DNA from: Methanotrichaceae archaeon
GTDB lineage: Archaea; Halobacteriota; Methanosarcinia; Methanotrichales; Methanotrichaceae
DNA: 64,000 nt
Assembly (NCBI GenBank): GCA_963754945.1
Contig: CAVWIG010000017.1
Location: forward strand, 160,001 to 224,000
Direction of reading: 5' to 3'
Part shown: in pieces, positions 61,738 to 64,000 of the stretch
Numbering within the stretch: position 1 is the stretch's first letter
Layout: the number at the start of each line of letters is the position of its first letter
The notes under the pieces: model-generated
Database searches by the model: none
Seen by the model: the letters and a program-made list of their open reading frames with translations, nothing else
What the model was told of the DNA's origin: nothing
Made by a program: the position numbers and the translations under genes

Positions 61738-62148
61738 TTATGCCGTTATCCGGTGAAGCTTATCAATGGCCACCGATGCATTTTTTCCGTCAGTAAGATA
61801 TATCAGCTCCATCTCATCGTTGGAAATGATCGTCCCCAGGGAATAACCCTTATTAAACTCGGTGATGTAGAGCGTTTTATTATCCAAACCAATGGCTCCG
61901 GCAAAACCTTCACCGATCTCTGTCTCATTCTTAAGATTGATTGTCAAATTCCCAGCGAAAATTCGATCCATCTGCTCCAAGAACGTAAAATTGATGATTC
62001 CACTCGCAGTCGAGTTGGAGTACCCTTTTCCTTCATCATACCCACTCCACGAACCAGTCCATTTACCTAGCAGGTCTGGAACTTTCGCAGCACAGATCCC
62101 AGTGGACAAGACCAGGACCAACAATGCTAAACACAGAATCTTTTTCAT
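61738..62148 (-). CDS. secreted hypothetical protein
   Basis: Signal peptide, VPDLLGKWTG, beta-rich. Confidence 0.75.
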   Translation of the reverse strand: MKKILCLALLVLVLSTGICAAKVPDLLGKWTGSWSGYDEGKGYSNSTASGIINFTFLEQMDRIFAGNLTINLKNETEIGEGFAGAIGLDNKTLYITEFNKGYSLGTIISNDEMELIYLTDGKNASVAIDKLHRITA

Positions 62149-62360
62149 ACATATCCTTCAGTGAGTTTCGATTATTAATTTTCCTGAAGATAGACATCTT
62201 ATCTATGGAGCTGGGGAGAAAGCCTTTGTTTACCGATCCCATAATCCTCTCAGCTTCCGTTCTACACATGCACATCACAATAGTGGCCGTGTTGTGGTTA
62301 GCCTTTGGCCATGTGCAAAAGTATTTCCATGAGGTTTATCGTCGCACAACAGTGGTATAT

Positions 62361-62876
62361 ATGAAAAACTGGAAGGTGCTGATGGTGGCAATATTGCTGC
62401 TGACTGCGGCGGTTTTCGTTATGCAATTGGCTTATGCAAAAGAAGAATCTATGGGCATGGCAAATGCATCACTAAGCGCCTCATCCAACAAGACAGCACT
62501 CGTCTCATTTGTCGAGTCTGCTGTGGCCTATGCCCAAGAGAACGGCAAAGATAAAGCGCTCAAGGAGTTCAGCAATAAGACCGGCACGTTTGTCCGTGGA
62601 GATCTCTACATCTATGCCTATGACTTCAATGGAACTAACATTGCACATCCATTCAAACCCGATTGGATAGGCAAGAGCAAGCTAAACATGACTGATTCCA
62701 ATGGCGTACCATTCATCAAGAACCTGATCAATGTTGCCGAGGAGGGAAAAGGATTTACTTACTTCATCTTCCCGAACCCTGCTCACGGTAACAGAGATGA
62801 GTTCAAGATCGCCTACGTTATGAAAGTGGATGACAATTGGTGGCTGGGCTCTGGAATCTACCTATCATGTTCGTGA
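62361..62876 (+). CDS. secreted single Cache-domain protein
   Basis: GKDKALKEF, GDLYIYAYDFNGT.IAHP, DSNG, G.GF..Y..PNP, WWLGSGIY. Confidence 0.88.
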   Translation: MKNWKVLMVAILLLTAAVFVMQLAYAKEESMGMANASLSASSNKTALVSFVESAVAYAQENGKDKALKEFSNKTGTFVRGDLYIYAYDFNGTNIAHPFKPDWIGKSKLNMTDSNGVPFIKNLINVAEEGKGFTYFIFPNPAHGNRDEFKIAYVMKVDDNWWLGSGIYLSCS

Positions 62877-63013
62877 TCGATGGCTATTTCCTTTTTGATA
62901 GGCGAGGAGATGCAGCACATCTATTTTTCATCGATAGCAGTGAATCTTCGTGGGCAGGTCTTACCAGTAAATGATCTAATCCGCCTATAAACGGTAATTT
63001 TATTTTAAAACGC

Positions 63014-63155
63014 AATACCCCGCAGCTTGCTGCGGCTGGGATAAAGAGCATGTAACTCCAACTTAAGGATGCTTCAGATTTTGTAGAGCATTTTTATGCG
63101 TCGGCGGGAACATGCCCCGCTGCTTGCAGCGGGGTCCGCCGACGCAACGTTGACT
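63014..63155 (+). mobile_element. non-autonomous IS200-derived miniature element (both ends, no tnpA)
   Basis: Left end AATACCCCGCAGCTTGCTGCGG...GAGCATG...ACTTAAGG and right end GGCGGGAACATGCCCCGCTGCTTGCAGCGGGGTCCGCC..CGCAACGTTGACT match the 18275-18857 element. Confidence 0.85.
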
Positions 63156-63380
63156 CAGCGAAAAGTTGGCTTGCTGGATCAATATAAAATAAATATATTT
63201 TGAATATATCCGGATTCAAACAATTTTATATAGCGCACTAATAGTATTGTTCGATGATTTTAGCATACGAAATCAATATACGGAAAATCGCTATACGCCA
63301 ACAAGCGCCTATTTCTCATGAAAGTGTGCCAACAGATATCAATTTCATTTTTCGTGCATGAGCCTCTGTCCTGATCTTTA

Positions 63381-63444
63381 GGCTTATGTGGGTTTTATAT
63401 GCCATTTATCCAGCCGCAGCAAGCTACGGGTATACGTTTAAAAT
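63381..63444 (-). repeat. inverted solo copy of the IS200 left end
   Basis: Reverse complement TATTTTAAACGTATACCCGTAGCTTGCTGCGGCTGGATAAA matches 63001-63045. Confidence 0.8.
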
Positions 63445-63544
63445 AATATTCTGAGAGGACGCCATTACTTTGATGATACAATAAAGCGAAATAAACGAGA
63501 GTTGCATCCTAAGAGGATCGTTGTCCTGCCCCTTTCTTGCACTC

Positions 63545-64000
63545 TCAATGTTGCATATCGAGCAATACCTGGTAGCTTCCGATTAGCTGGCCTTTGGCTA
63601 TTGTCAGCTTTCCGTGGCCTTTTAGTTCACCTTCGTCGCTGGTGGTATTTACTATTATTCGACCCACGGTCTCTGTAGAATTGCTATCAGCAGGTTTTTC
63701 CAGAGGCTCATTAAGATCAGCGCTTAGTGTTATGTTGCTTCGAGCGAGCGTCACTTCAACATTGGTCAGCAAGTAGGTGCTCTCGCCAAGTCTGAGATGA
63801 CCCCTATATGTTACATTACCTTCCTCTGCTAAAATCTCCTTTCCCACCTCATCAAGGGTTTTATTAGATGCTAGGAGTTTTCTAACATTCACAGGCCCGA
63901 CAGGCCTAACGCTTTCAATGCTGATCCTTAAGATGTACGATTGGTCGCCCATCAAGGCAAATCCTTGCCAGTGGTGGAAGATTATTCCTACGGGTGCACC
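63545..64000 (-). CDS. hypothetical protein, C-terminal part (runs off window end)
   Basis: Open frame from the window edge to the stop at 63545; YRGHLRLG..Y.L.NV pattern. Confidence 0.65.
   Translation of the reverse strand, partial: GAPVGIIFHHWQGFALMGDQSYILRISIESVRPVGPVNVRKLLASNKTLDEVGKEILAEEGNVTYRGHLRLGESTYLLTNVEVTLARSNITLSADLNEPLEKPADSNSTETVGRIIVNTTSDEGELKGHGKLTIAKGQLIGSYQVLLDMQH

Overview
64-kb chromosomal window from a methanogenic archaeon, most likely Methanosarcinales/Methanotrichales (Methanothrix-like; inferred from PAN, archaeal-type SAM synthetase, a BHB-intron tRNA, a geranylfarnesyl-PP-synthase-like gene and Ser/Tyr-rich secreted proteins). Core genes: ino1 (partial), gatCAB, polyprenyl synthase + radical SAM, tRNA-Thr(GGT), a glycogen cluster (two GT4s, GalT, GT3-like synthase, KaiC-like ATPase, GH57, debranching enzyme), an FNT channel, mat, pan, MscS, engB, a HydC/HydB/NuoG-like/NfnA redox operon, tRNA-Arg(TCG) with intron and acVLRF1. 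Accessory or decaying regions hold two IS630, one IS256, one IS5 (ISH1-like), an IS200 tnpA element plus a non-autonomous derivative with a compensatory base-pair change, a degenerating DHFR/SRPBCC/SnoaL cluster and several frameshifted genes. Best leads: (1) a bifurcating-type HydBC module with a NuoG/FdhA-like subunit lacking the Mo-ligand loop, coupled to an orphan NfnA; (2) a KaiC-like ATPase heading a glycogen synthase unit; (3) a GFPP-synthase/radical SAM pair as a methanophenazine-pathway candidate; (4) an apparent ATC start codon for galT; (5) candidate promoter-plus-hairpin small RNA units. All product calls come from motif recognition, not database searches.
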